A stretch of 64,000 nt of DNA from Chara braunii. Its lineage: Eukaryota; Plantae; Charophyceae. Shown here one piece after another: positions 1 through 14,535 of the stretch. The notes below the pieces were generated by a model that was not told the origin of the DNA, searched no databases, and was given only the letters and a program-made list of their open reading frames with translations. The DNA lies in assembly GCA_003427395.1 (NCBI GenBank), contig BFEA01000004.1:3752334-3816333 (forward strand), in the 5' to 3' direction. Position 1 is the first letter of the stretch; every line of letters starts with the position of its first letter. The translations under genes and the position numbers were made by a program.

Positions 1-1179
1 AGGCATAGCATAACAATCTCTTTTCTGGATACCCAAAAGACGCTGGCACATAACAACGTAACAAAGGCATAGCATAACCGAGGAAACAAAAAAAACACAG
101 CCCAGAAAAGATACATTGCTACCTCCCCTCCCTGACGATCCCCTTCGGTTCCAGCGCATGTAGAATCACTGACTCGAATCCACAAAAACCAGCGGAAATC
201 TCGTTTACAAGCCACCTTCCTTGTCCTAACGATTTAACTTTTCAAAGTCCGTAATAATCAAAAGCATGTCACATCAAGAAGCCAATGAGCGCTAAAACAC
301 ACTGTCCATATCCCCCATAAAACTTTACCCCCACCATTAACAGAAGAGATAGAGATATTCGTTTAGCCTCGGACACTGCACTCACAAACTGGCGAGAACA
401 CTGTGCAACGACGCCAAAACACGACACTCCCAGTCGCTTTGCATTGTGAATCAAATCTCAATATACCCGATAAGGAAAATTAACTACCAGCAACCTCACC
501 TCAAGCACTTCGATTTCCTGTGGGAGTTACAGTCCCGACAAACCTCAGCCAGGCAGGGAGCTCAGGGATTGAGACGGAGGAATCTCAGTACCCATTAGTT
601 CTTATGCCACAGCTCGGGGATATCAACAAAAGAGAAAGCACAATGCTGTTCTCTGTCAGTGAGGGCAGTAGTGTACGGGACGTCAGCCAAATTAGAAACG
701 CCAGCAGCACCAAACAGGTCCCAGAAACTTCTGCACGACACCAACATGTCGATTGCTTTCACAACAGAACAGATAGTGCCACATCATCCATTCTTTTCAC
801 AGCCTGCATCCCACATCCGTTTTCTTATCGCACAGAAGCTTCCTGGAGTTCCCCAACTTGGAGTGGCTACCGTCTTCCACCGAACACAACGCACCCTCAT
901 TTTGGCTATATTATCTGGCCGGAAATATAGCTTGTATACATTCATTTTTAGGGTGCGTTATGTTCGGGGGAAGAGGGTAGCTCGGGGTGCTTCAGTCAAG
1001 AATCGGATCGCGTTTCTGGAGGCCCCTCCCGAAGGCCCTCCTTCACAGCCGTCATCGGATCCGCATTAACACAACAAAATTGATTCCAGTACGCAAAATC
1101 CGAACCGAATAACACACGGCAAAAAGCACACGTACAGCAATATGGACAATCGACCTCCGTGTAACAAAGCGTCACTCAC

Positions 1180-1392
1180 CTGTATTACACGGCACCCATA
1201 GGGATGAGTCGACAAGCCAACAACTTGGCCATAGAAAGCCTGAACAATGAATTGAATGCGATCCGCCGGAACACATTCTATGCATTTTTGGATGACGTGA
1301 TTTCCATTCTGATCCCGGACGCATCTCATCACGTGACCATCAAGTTCCGCCACCAACATTGTCTGTTGCTCCACATCAACCACCTCCAATGC
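1180..1392 (-). CDS. PUM: Pumilio coding exon 5 (PUM repeats 4-5); later exons lie left of the window
   Basis: tgcag|ALEVV...[16 protein letters not shown]...[12 protein letters not shown]|GTGAG; 213 nt. No further PUM exon recognised in 1-1179. Confidence 0.96.
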
Positions 1393-2087
1393 CTGCAAAT
1401 AGAACACGGCATAGCAAAGTCCGAAGGAATTTCAATTCCGTGAAAGCTACAAGCACAACCATATCGCAGCTAGCAAGACAACCCCTGTAAAAGGAAGATA
1501 AAAAACCAGCAATCGAGCACGATCTTATCTACATCTTGGCATCCACGTTCCCTCCATCAGTCCACAAAGAATAAAATTTCGTCAAAATAGCCCTTCAAAA
1601 GAGGGGATGACTGAAGCACGACTAAGACGGACAATCGCACCGCTGCAGGGAGCGAAAGTTGTCTGGGACAGCCCCGTCGGGGGGAGATCAAAGGAACACA
1701 CAAGGGGCACCCGCCACGACAAGGGGAGGAGCAGCCTCATAGGAGAACCTTTCTCAAGGGGGAGATCAGCGCTCAGCGGAAGAGCAGCACTGCGAGGGAG
1801 AGCAGCAACGGGGAGCGAACCGCCGAGCGAGGGCAGCACGTATGGGCAGAGCGGCGCCGAGGGCAGGGCCAGCGTCTACAGGCAGAGAAGAGAAGCACCT
1901 AGGGGAAGTGCAGCGCTGACGGGAGCACCAACAAAGAACAAGGCAGACACCATGACACGGCGAAAAGGGAAGGACAAGGGCAACGGAGTGAAAAGGCAAA
2001 CTACAGTCACGCGGCAGTTGGACCGCCCAGAAACGAAACACACCATGCGCAGCTCTTGAAAAGGCGAAGTTGTGAGCGTTAACATAC

Positions 2088-2195
2088 CTTCTGAATTACA
2101 CGGCATCCGTACATTTGTAGACTTAGCGCCAGAACGTGTCCTACAAGCTGATTCGCCAGCTCTCTACGCTGAGACTGCGAGCCATGCTCGAAAAA
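2088..2195 (-). CDS. PUM: Pumilio coding exon 4 (PUM repeat 3)
   Basis: tacag|[36 protein letters not shown]|GTATG; 108 nt, one 36-aa repeat. Confidence 0.96.
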
Positions 2196-3548
2196 CTGTA
2201 AAGGTAATGCAAAGCAGTCAAGAACATAGTGACAGACGAATCCATGCCGCAGGAGCATGCACAACAAAAGCCATATTAGCGGGAATTGAAAGCTCATTTG
2301 CAAGAACGTGTCAACACCTCAAACAGACGACAAAGCACAAGCTTATCTTATCCCGGCCAAGACGACATTAAAGACATTTCTTTCACGTAAAACTCACACC
2401 ATTCCGAAACATACACTAGCGTAAAATCTTCAATCGTATCAGTCCTTTTCATAAAGTTGATCAAAGTCCTCATTCTCTGAACCACACCGTAAAAAAAAAA
2501 CCGTCAATCCCATGGGTTACCCCAAACCACACCGACGTACAATTCTGGAAAGACGGCAATCACAAACCTCCACAGTAGACAATCGAACTCCACAAAATAA
2601 CCAATAGCCACAATTAACCTCTACTTTCTCTACTTTTCATAGAATTCGTGATGCTATTTAAGCTGCTGCTACTGTTCCGCAGTAAACTATCTAGCTCCAT
2701 AAAAAAATAACCACGCCATATTAAAATAAAATTGAAAAAAAAAAAAAAAAAAAAAGAATCGAAGTCTCCGCGAGCTGGAGATATAGAAAGCAGCAATAAA
2801 GACCTGTACTCAGGGCCATTTCGCGGCGAGGGACGTAAAACACACACCTGCACTGAACCAAACCCTCATACTTGGAAAAGGACTTGATACTCTCCGCCAC
2901 AACACCTTGGCGAGCTTCTGAAGCTACCCCATACATAAATATCGGCATTCGTATGGCACGTCGGAAGCCAGAAGGGCGTTAATTCTTGTTACCTTAAACG
3001 TCCGCATCGTGCCCATATTGGGATAACATCAAATTTCGCCATCGGAACCATGAAAGGCAGAGCAGGCCCAGCTTTGCACGAAAATCAGGCATATGACTGT
3101 TTGCAGGAAAGGCATACTACTTCTATTCCGAGGGTTCTTGCACACTTCAGACAGAGAAGAGCTAGCAAAAGGGCTCAACATCTCTATTCCAGTGCAAAAG
3201 GCTCAACATCTATTCCAGTGCCACTTTCAACAGAGTACGCAAAACCTATAAGTCGCAGAGTCCACACACGGGAACAGTTGGGGCTCAAATTTCGTACACA
3301 CGATTAAAGAGTCGTTGTCAAGATTTCCCTGAGATCCGACCACACAGCCCAATTCATACACTCGGAAAGACATTGTCAAGCACGATGTTTTCCAATGCCT
3401 ACAAGGCACGTGTTTCGTATTCGTGAACCGCTCATCGAGTGAGATATCTACCACTGGCAGTTCCAACCACAACCCCCAACTACCAGCTTTGAATGTTAGT
3501 TGGGAAGGACAGGGCTGCAACAAAAGAGGCGGTGACGAGAAGATGTAC

Positions 3549-3690
3549 CTTCTGAATGACGTAATTGCCAAATACATCCGTCATTAACTGAAGGGCCCTC
3601 GGAAGCACTTCGCTGAACACGAGCGCCTTTTCCTCATCGGTTGCACTCTCCAATTTTTGCTGAATGAAGCGGCTTCCATGCTGATCAGCG
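3549..3690 (-). CDS. PUM: Pumilio coding exon 3 (PUM repeats 1-2)
   Basis: gcag|C completes Ser, then [14 protein letters not shown]...[13 protein letters not shown]|GTAC; 142 nt, restores phase 0. Confidence 0.96.
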
Positions 3691-4653
3691 CTGCGCACGA
3701 CACCCGGTTGACATCAGCAAATCCTGTGTAGCAAAGCCAGAACTTACATGCAATCATGCTTCCAAGAGAGCGTAACATTCACGTCGGGTCAGCGGGCGTT
3801 CATAATTCCCACGACCCGTCACTCCCACCCAGAGAACATCGAGCCCGCCCGTTTGAAAACACAGCAAACAATCTCAACGCAGAGACCCTGGACAAGCGGG
3901 ATGATCCTCAAGAACGCACCTTAAACCGGCCTAATCCACAGAACAGCGAAGGCAGTAGTTGACAACGTTCCTGTTCGTCCGTCAAGAGTGATGGCCGAGA
4001 AATATCACACCAAAGAAGCAAAACAATCGCAAAACGTCGACCTCAATTGCACTTCCACACCGCAATTAGGTTCCCTAGAGCACGCAACTCAACAGTACAA
4101 ATAAAAAGCACAACAATACGCTATACACAATCACTGGTACTAGTGACCACCCCTCACATCAAAAGCCGGCAAAACGATGCCGTTCACCCCACACCACACG
4201 CACGCAACTCAACAGTTCACTAGCTTACATAAGCACAATATGCTACACAACAACCCGTTCAGCCCACACCACCTCGCCGACATCTTCGCATCAAAATACC
4301 GACGCTCACTTCAGCTTCGCCCACCGTCGAAGTAAGCAATTACAGTAACTAGCTCCTATATCAGCACCCACCATCAGGTAACCCATTCATCCGCCATTGC
4401 TTCCCGCAGACAACCCAGAATTCCATCGTTAGTAGATCCGAGACTCCCGTCAACGCTCCGCGTAACGGAGTTCACAAGCCAGACGACATGTACACAATAA
4501 GTAAGACCCTTGTCCTTCGTCAAATACCGCCCTCGATGAACAATAGGACCCAGACTGGAGTGGTTCGGCCCCTAGACAACCATGATGACTGATTCATAGG
4601 CAGAGGGGTGGTACACAATGCGATCATGTACAAGGCAGCAGAGGTGCTGATAC

Positions 4654-6752
<2,099 letters not shown>

Positions 6753-6810
6753 CTGCGATTGACAAAGCCCACGTCACAAACACAGTCAGCATCACCATCC
6801 ACTCGCGCAT

Positions 6811-6814
<4 letters not shown>

Positions 6815-6885
<71 letters not shown>

Positions 6886-7478
6886 NNNNNNNNNNNNNNN
6901 NNNNNNNNNNNNNNNNNNNNNNNNNNNNNNNNNNNNNNNNNNNNNNNNNNNNNNNNNNNNNNNNNNNNNNNNNNNNNNNNNNNNNNNNNNNNNNNNNNNN
7001 NNNNNNNNNNNNNNNNNNNNNNNNNNNNNNNNNNNNNNNNNNNNNNNNNNNNNNNNNNNNNNNNNNNNNNNNNNNNNNNNNNNNNNNNNNNNNNNNNNNN
7101 NNNNNNNNNNNNNNNNNNNNNNNNNNNNNNNNNNNNNNNNNNNNNNNNNNNNNNNNNNNNNNNNNNNNNNNNNNNNNNNNNNNNNNNNNNNNNNNNNNNN
7201 NNNNNNNNNNNNNNNNNNNNNNNNNNNNNNNNNNNNNNNNNNNNNNNNNNNNNNNNNNNNNNNNNNNNNNNNNNNNNNNNNNNNNNNNNNNNNNNNNNNN
7301 NNNNNNNNNNNNNNNNNNNNNNNNNNNNNNNNNNNNNNNNNNNNNNNNNNNNNNNNNNNNNNNNNNNNNNNNNNNNNNNNNNNNNNNNNNNNNNNNNNNN
7401 NNNNNNNNNNNNNNNNNNNNNNNNNNNNNNNNNNNNNNNNNNNNNNNNNNNNNNNNNNNNNNNNNNNNNNNNNNNNNN

Positions 7479-7568
<90 letters not shown>

Positions 7569-7570
7569 AC
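6815..7570. repeat. (CT)n/(CA)n microsatellite flanking an assembly gap in Pumilio intron 1
   Basis: Directly visible. Similar (CT)n tracts at ~12424-12540, 17847-17940 and 45060-45107. Confidence 0.95.
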
Positions 7571-9335
7571 ATTCAACAAGAACAAGCAGTGTACCATGAT
7601 TCGATATCCTAAAGAGGGTATAGATGGGCCTCCAAGAAAGAACTTGAGGATCATCAACAAGATCCGAGTCGTAACGAGTTCGTCCATTCGAACCCAGCTG
7701 CTTTAAAACACGTAAAAGCACAAACCCCAGGGAAGACACCCACATAGAGCAAGCTCCACTTTGTAGAGATACCTGGCTCAAGTTCGGGGGACCGGACCAG
7801 ACGGATCGCTACGTCGAAGGCTCCATCAGACAGATCGCACCTTCCTCACGCCCATTTGCATAATTGCAGCATTGTCTATATTTCACTCAAATGATTTCTG
7901 ATCGCTCCAAGCACCGCAAGGCACAAAAGCTCCCCTCCAGTTCTGAACCCTGGCCTTAAAGGCAAGTTGGCTAATGCGGTTTGAGCACCGCGGATATCAA
8001 AACGCGGCGATAAAAAAAAAAAAAAAAAAAAAAAAAACGCGGCGATTTGCAGTCTATAGAAAAACAAAGCAATGCGGCATACGGTCGACCTGGCAAGCAC
8101 AGAATAACATTCCCAGTGCTTCGGTGGCGGCGATACAAAGGGGAATATCCTGAACAAGAAATCCATGTCCTGGTGCCCTTCCCACGGCAGTGGTCACTAC
8201 TGAGCTCGCGCCGGCAATGGCAGCTTCTCCCCCCACACCAACACCTTCCAACTTCACAATACCCCATTTGTTTCTGTTTCATGGCTCGGGGTCCGCCCCG
8301 AGCTGCCCGGGTAACGGCATCCATGTCCGGGTAACATTGACGACTACCATGCATCCAACCATGTTCGATCACCCGACCTAATCGTCAGCAATTGCACCAA
8401 GGTAACGGCATCACCCTGCATCGCGGCTCGGGGTCCGCCCCGAGCTGCCCCCGACTTCGTTGATCTCCACAACGAAAGCCAATGCGAAACTTAGGTGAAA
8501 CTCAATCCCTCGGATGATACGAGATCCACGACTAGATCAAGCCCACAAAGCACCGCAGAATTCTACTTCCTAATGCGTGCATTCATGGCACGTATGGCTC
8601 ACATGCATATAAGCGACGAACTGAATTCCGGCCCACATCTTCTGCGCTTCACAGGCCAAGAAGCAAGACAAGGAACGAGGAAAGAGGCAAGAGATGACAT
8701 CAAAGACTGACACAGGACGGCCAGTTCCGCGCGTCGGCAGGGACAGAGCCGGGAAAGATCACGATCAATGTCTTCGTCCATCTGTAACCAGATGGATATT
8801 ACCGACAACAGGGGTGCACTGTCCGGTACGTCAGCGAATATCTGAGGGTGCGACCGAGGGTCAGAATCCCTATTTTCATACGCCGCCTCTGATTGCATTC
8901 CACCACAGCATACAATGAAATGCGGCGAGGCAGAAAGGAGAGAACAAAATGTGGAAGAGAAGACCGGCGACGAGAATGTTGGAACAAAGACAAAAGCCCC
9001 CCTGCCGCACGAAGACCAACCTAGAGAGGTCCGGGAGAGGGAAAGGAGTGGCGATTGGATAGCCGAGGGAGTAAGACATTGACAATCCACGCAACCTACA
9101 AGCCGAAATGGCCGACAAAGAACGTGGAGAGAGACAAGAGGGAGAGAGGTGGGGGAGAAGACATGACTGCAAGAGTAACAACACCTGCTGTTATTGTAAG
9201 AAGAACTAGGGGAGAGAAAATGCGCAAAGCAGTACATCATCGTTTCAGGAAGACGATCAATTCATCATCGACACCTAAAAAAAAAGGTGGATAACCAAAC
9301 CCGAGAGAGAGAGAGAGAGAAACGGTGCATCTCAC

Positions 9336-10133
9336 CTGAATCAGGTCAACCAAGCTCTTGGGCCGTGCGCTTGCTCCCGACAAGCCGAGCAGATTATCGT
9401 TCCTGTCTACCAGCCATTCGCTGCCCGAGGTGGTCCTGTTCAGCCCGCCCTGCCCACCCTGGATCGTAGAGACAGAAGACGCTGTAGTGCCCTCGTCCTC
9501 GCTGGCGACGCCCTCTCGCTCCTCCTCATTATGAGTCGGTAAGAGAGGTTGAGTGGAGAAGAGGGACTTGCTGAGTGCCTCCTCCCCAAGGGCTCGAATT
9601 CTTTTCTTCTCTGCGGCGCCGACACCTATCCCTGCTTGCCGCAACTGGGCGAGGCGGTAATTGTCCCATGAGATTAAGGGCTGGGGGAGCCTTGGATTAA
9701 GGGTATGGTGAGACTGCCAGTACGCAAAATAGGCGGGGTCAGAGCGCAGCTCGTGCTCAGTCTCAAGAACTTGATTGCCATCCTGCTGCTGCTGATGCCC
9801 GCCCGATCCAAGGCCAGTACGTGATGAGCCGCTCAGATGCCCATCCTTACCACTCAACGAGTGGCCGTAGAATCCTCCCAAGCCGGCCAGCGACCCTTCC
9901 ACACTGGGTGGCGCACTTCCACTTCGCTGCAGCAGATCCCTTCCTCCGAGCAAACTTCTTCCTCGTAGCAACAACTCGATCTCGTGTGCAACCGCGACCT
10001 TCTCCACCGCCCCTGTTGCTGCCGGTCCTCGGGTCATTCCATCGGTTCCTGCTCCCATACTCCCTCTCACAGAGCCTCCGTTGGAGAGCATGTGAGATGG
10101 ATTGTCCGCCCTCAGCTGCGGTGCACTCATCAT
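9336..10133 (-). CDS. PUM: Pumilio/PUF RNA-binding protein (APUM1-6 type), coding exon 1
   Basis: First ATG at 10133. Plant APUM N-terminal motifs QRSGSAPPSVEGS, LRSDPAY..Y, LNPRLPQPLIS and KSLVDLIQ. Ends CAG|GTGAG at 9336; 798 nt, phase 0. Confidence 0.9.
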
Positions 10134-12420
10134 CACTACGGGAGACCCGCAAGATCCACCGCGCCCCTCGCGCAGACGCTAGCAGCGCTCGCTCTCTCTC
10201 AACTCGCCAAGTGGCCACCCCCTCCCTCACGTGAGTACGACCTTGCCGTAGTGAAGCGACTCCAGTTCCTGCCACACCACTTCTGTCGGCTCTGTCCGTC
10301 GGCTGTTAGGCTAGCCGTTTCGCGTGAGAGTTCCATGCGACAGCGAACACTATGCATCACACTCCACCTGCCATCCCCCTCCCACCTACCAACGGAGGGA
10401 TACTACACCGCACGCGCACACAGATGACTCCTCCGAGGTGAGTCGGTCAATCAGTGTTTCCCCGCCTACCCTCGCGCAAACCAGACAGAGGTGCGTGCTG
10501 ACATGCAGACGGACGAGACCTGCCCTCGTCCGACAGTGTGGCCAAATCCCCGGGGGTTCGCTCCCCTTGTTCTTTCGACGACAGGACCGTGACCAGAAGA
10601 CTGCAGCTGCTGCCGCGCGCGAACGCAGTGATGATCTGTCAGAGCGCGGGAGTTAACTTTAGAAACCTTCTCACGTGTCCATTATGCGGCGGTGAACCAA
10701 CGCCCCCAGCGCAAGAGCAATAGATTCGCCAAAAGCATGCCATACCAAGGCGGTAAGAGGGGTTGCGGACACGCGTCGGCCGCCTGCCATCAGTAATGGT
10801 CGCTGGGGACGAAGCTTTAGTGACAGATTTGGGCACGCACTGCTGAATCCTACCAGTGGGGTTGGAACGATGACGAAGTGGGGGTGGGTTCCGATCGAAA
10901 AAGGGGGCCTTGGAAGGCTCGATGGGGTTGCGAAGGCTGTCCTGGAGTACGGAACAGCCTACCCATCGTGAGGGAAAAGGCCGGCCGTCTGGGCGGGAGG
11001 CGCATCAAAGCTCGCCTTGCGGCTCGAAGGCAAACCTAGCAGGATCACGACCTCGACGAACGTGAAAGCGCAGACAGGAACACATCAATCAATTGCGGAG
11101 GAGGAGATGAGCGAGGGAAATCGACGCGCGCGAGGGCAGGTGACCGACGACCAAGGACCGATCGAACGGGGGGCAAAGACTTGAGACCGGTCCAGCGAGC
11201 CCCCGTACGGAAGCGCGGGAACGATGGAGAGGGCCGTGGCGTCGGGACAGGGTCTTGGCGGTCCCCCTTCCCTCTCGGCGATGCTGTCCGCTTCGGCACC
11301 ACGGACAAGAAGGGTTTTGTCCTTTTTCCTTCTCGTAAGGTGCAGAAGCGCATTTTCCCGTGTCGACATGACTTGTGCTTCGGCCGTTGGATTCACTTAA
11401 CAGCTTACGAGATTTCGTCTCTAGTCTCTAGTTAATATAACGTCCCCACCGGCGGGTCGAACAGTTACCACCGATCGCCGGCGGGTACCAACCTACTTCG
11501 GTTACGACCACCAGGTATCGTCCGGCGCACAATCGCGCCAGCAACCTGGGGTGTCGTCGAGTCTGAGGAAAGCGAGACAAGATGAAGAGCGGCAGGGCAG
11601 ACACGCGCCGCCCCTTCTCTCCCATGCGTTGCCATTCCCGCATTCCTACCCTGGGCTGCATTCGCCGCCCGCGCTGCCCTAACCCACATCGGCCCCTGTC
11701 ATGGGACGAAGGGGGGCACCACGGACTTCCGCTTCAGATTCTGAGTTCTCTGAGAACATCCTCAACTCTGGACTTCACTGGATGTATTGTATGCATGTAC
11801 CTGACCGCAATTTCGTCCACTCCTGTAGACATTGAAATGAGTGCAGCTACGTCCAGAGATCAGTCGAGAATAGTGAGAGGATGAGATAGATGCATACTAT
11901 CAAGAAAATTGAGATAGATGAGAGAAGAATATAGCTTACCTTTAAAAAAAAAAAAAAAAAGTCCTAGTTTTGTGAAAATACCCTGAATGATGTAGATAAC
12001 CCAGAAAGCCACCACTGACGCATGCCTATCCATAGATGGCTCCGATCCAACAAATCACCAAAGTGAACAGAAACGTGAGTGGAAGGCAATTGAAGTCTGA
12101 AAACAATCAATCGCACGGCTGGAAACTTGGACTCACTCATCATCATCACTCGGAGAAGCAAGGAGGGTAGAGTACAAGGATGAAGGTCCCGCCTTGCATG
12201 TACAGATGCATGGGGAGATATACATGATGACGAGGGACAAGGGGAAGAAGAAGAGAGGGAATCCAGATCCAGCTGCTGAAAAGATAATGGTGTCTCTCAG
12301 CTCGTTTCTAACACAGCACCTGAACCCCCGAGAAGTCTCCTTGAAATAGCCGCCAAGTCTCTGATTTCTCGTAGAAGTGGGAAAGAGGATGTGGATACAG
12401 GGGAGGAGAAGAGGTTGAAG

Positions 12421-12489
<69 letters not shown>

Positions 12490-13124
12490 NNNNNNNNNNN
12501 NNNNNNNNNNNCACACACACACACACACACACACACACATGCACAAACATACATGCAATCTAAATACTAACCGGTGAAAAGAGTCTTGAACCATAGCAGA
12601 TCGCAGAATAAAGTCCAGTTCTGGTTGGTGCAAAGTCTATAGGGTTGATTGAACACGCCTCACGTCAAACCAAGTGTTTTAGCCTATGGTTCAGCATTGC
12701 CTAACCACATAGCATTGGCCCTACCATGGTTCTGCCAGTCTACGTCCAAAGTCATTTGATCTAGCCATCGATCACGATCAATGATACTGGATGCAGACCC
12801 AAAAGCGGGGAGCTTAGGTCCCAACCAGACATCCAGCCTTCCCTTGTAGTGCAGTAGTTACCTCGAGGTTGCTCCAAAAAAACAAGGGTTTTACCAGGGA
12901 CTATCAGATGAAAATAATGTCCAATCCAATGTGGGCAAAAGTCCCTTGGGTCTTGGAACAGCCAAAATGTGTAAACAAGTTAGCTACTCGTCTCAACAAA
13001 CACTTGTGGCTGCTAAAAAATATGACATTACACAATCAAGAGTCAAACGAAAAGTCTCTTCCAAAAACCCAAAGTCCAAGCAGTGGACCTCTAAGCCACT
13101 CCAAACAGTACAACAATGTGAGCA

Positions 13125-14535
13125 TATGGTTGAACTATCTACTCTAAAACGATAACAGTTGTGGGTTAGTCATTCAAGTAAAACATAAAAAGAGAACGGG
13201 CATGCAGTTAAACCATCTACAGCAAAACGAGAACCGCCTCAACTCAATCGTTCAAGCCAGACAAATGATGACACAATTGAACCATGTACTCCGAAATGAG
13301 AACAGCAACATGATCATTTATTTAGGTAGAACAAACAAATGTTCAATCATATCATTCATTAAAAATAAATAACGGTCGTCACTTTTTTTAATTCTTTTAC
13401 ATGTTTATAAATACAACAATGATAATAATAAAAATAGTATGAGTGAATTTTTTTTCTTTGTTTGACTTCATTCTTATTTATATTCATTTGTATGACATTC
13501 CTTCATACTAGTACATGCCAACAATGGACTATAACTCATGTGAGTTAATATGAGATGACATCCAATCCAAGTTTAGGTAAGAAAATAACGAGTATGAACC
13601 ATCCATTATGAAATTAAATAACCTCACTCAATTATTCCAATAAATTAAAAGACGAGGGTAAACATTTAGTTGTTGAAACCAATTAACACCTGAACGAACT
13701 ATCAACTATGAAACGAGGATGTACAACCGGGTTGGTTATCCAAATTCATGGGCAAGTGGTCGAACCATGTACCATAAAACGAAAGCGATCACAATTGAAT
13801 TTTTTAAACGGGTCAAAATGAATACTCACACGGCTAAACCATCTACTATGAAACGAGAGCAATCGCGAAAGCAATCGTGCGGCTGACAATCAGGATAGAT
13901 TAAAGGGTGCACATAGGCGCCCAAACTGTTAAAATAATTTAGCGCTCGTTTAGACGATCAACTTTGGAATGAGAGTAATCGAACAATCAATTACTTTAAC
14001 AAATATGAAAATTGGACACATGGTCGAACCATCTACTCCAAAATAAGCACAATCACATCCCAACCTTTCAATTAATGAAGGATAATCATACAGTTTGACC
14101 ATACGCTATAAAACAAGAACAACTTTATAATTAACCATTAAGATAATAATCAATAAACGTGGGTCTTCGTTTAATCAAATGGACACCCAATGGAACCACA
14201 TGCTATGAAATGGTAATGACCAATAAGGTAAGCAATCCCATAAAAATATGAAAAACAGATACACGAAAGATACATCTACTCGTGTGAAAAAAAAAAAAAA
14301 AATGACCGCACACTTTGACCATCTACTGTGAAACAAAAACAATTGCAGCTCACATAGTTAAGCAGGCTCAAGGAAGTAAACATGTGGTTAAACCATCTAT
14401 TATAAAACGAGAGTGGTCAAGTAAATAATAGTTAAACAAATATAAAAATGTAAACATACGGTTTAACCATTGCTTTGAAACGAGAATAGTCGCAATTCAT
14501 GAACATGTGGTCAAACCATGTATTATGGGACGACT
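13125..14535 (+). repeat. Degenerate ~70-bp-period array with core GGTYRAACCATCTACTATRAAACGAG
   Basis: Core copies near 13132, 13211, 13280, 13597, 13697, 13763, 13837, 14027, 14097, 14317, 14391, 14465 and 14514; linkers diverged. Confidence 0.75.

Noticed and set aside
13125-14535. CRISPR-like repeat/spacer appearance (also considered for 38052-38668)
   Set aside because: Repeats are degenerate or fully tandem without unique spacers; the context is an intron-containing eukaryote with no cas genes.
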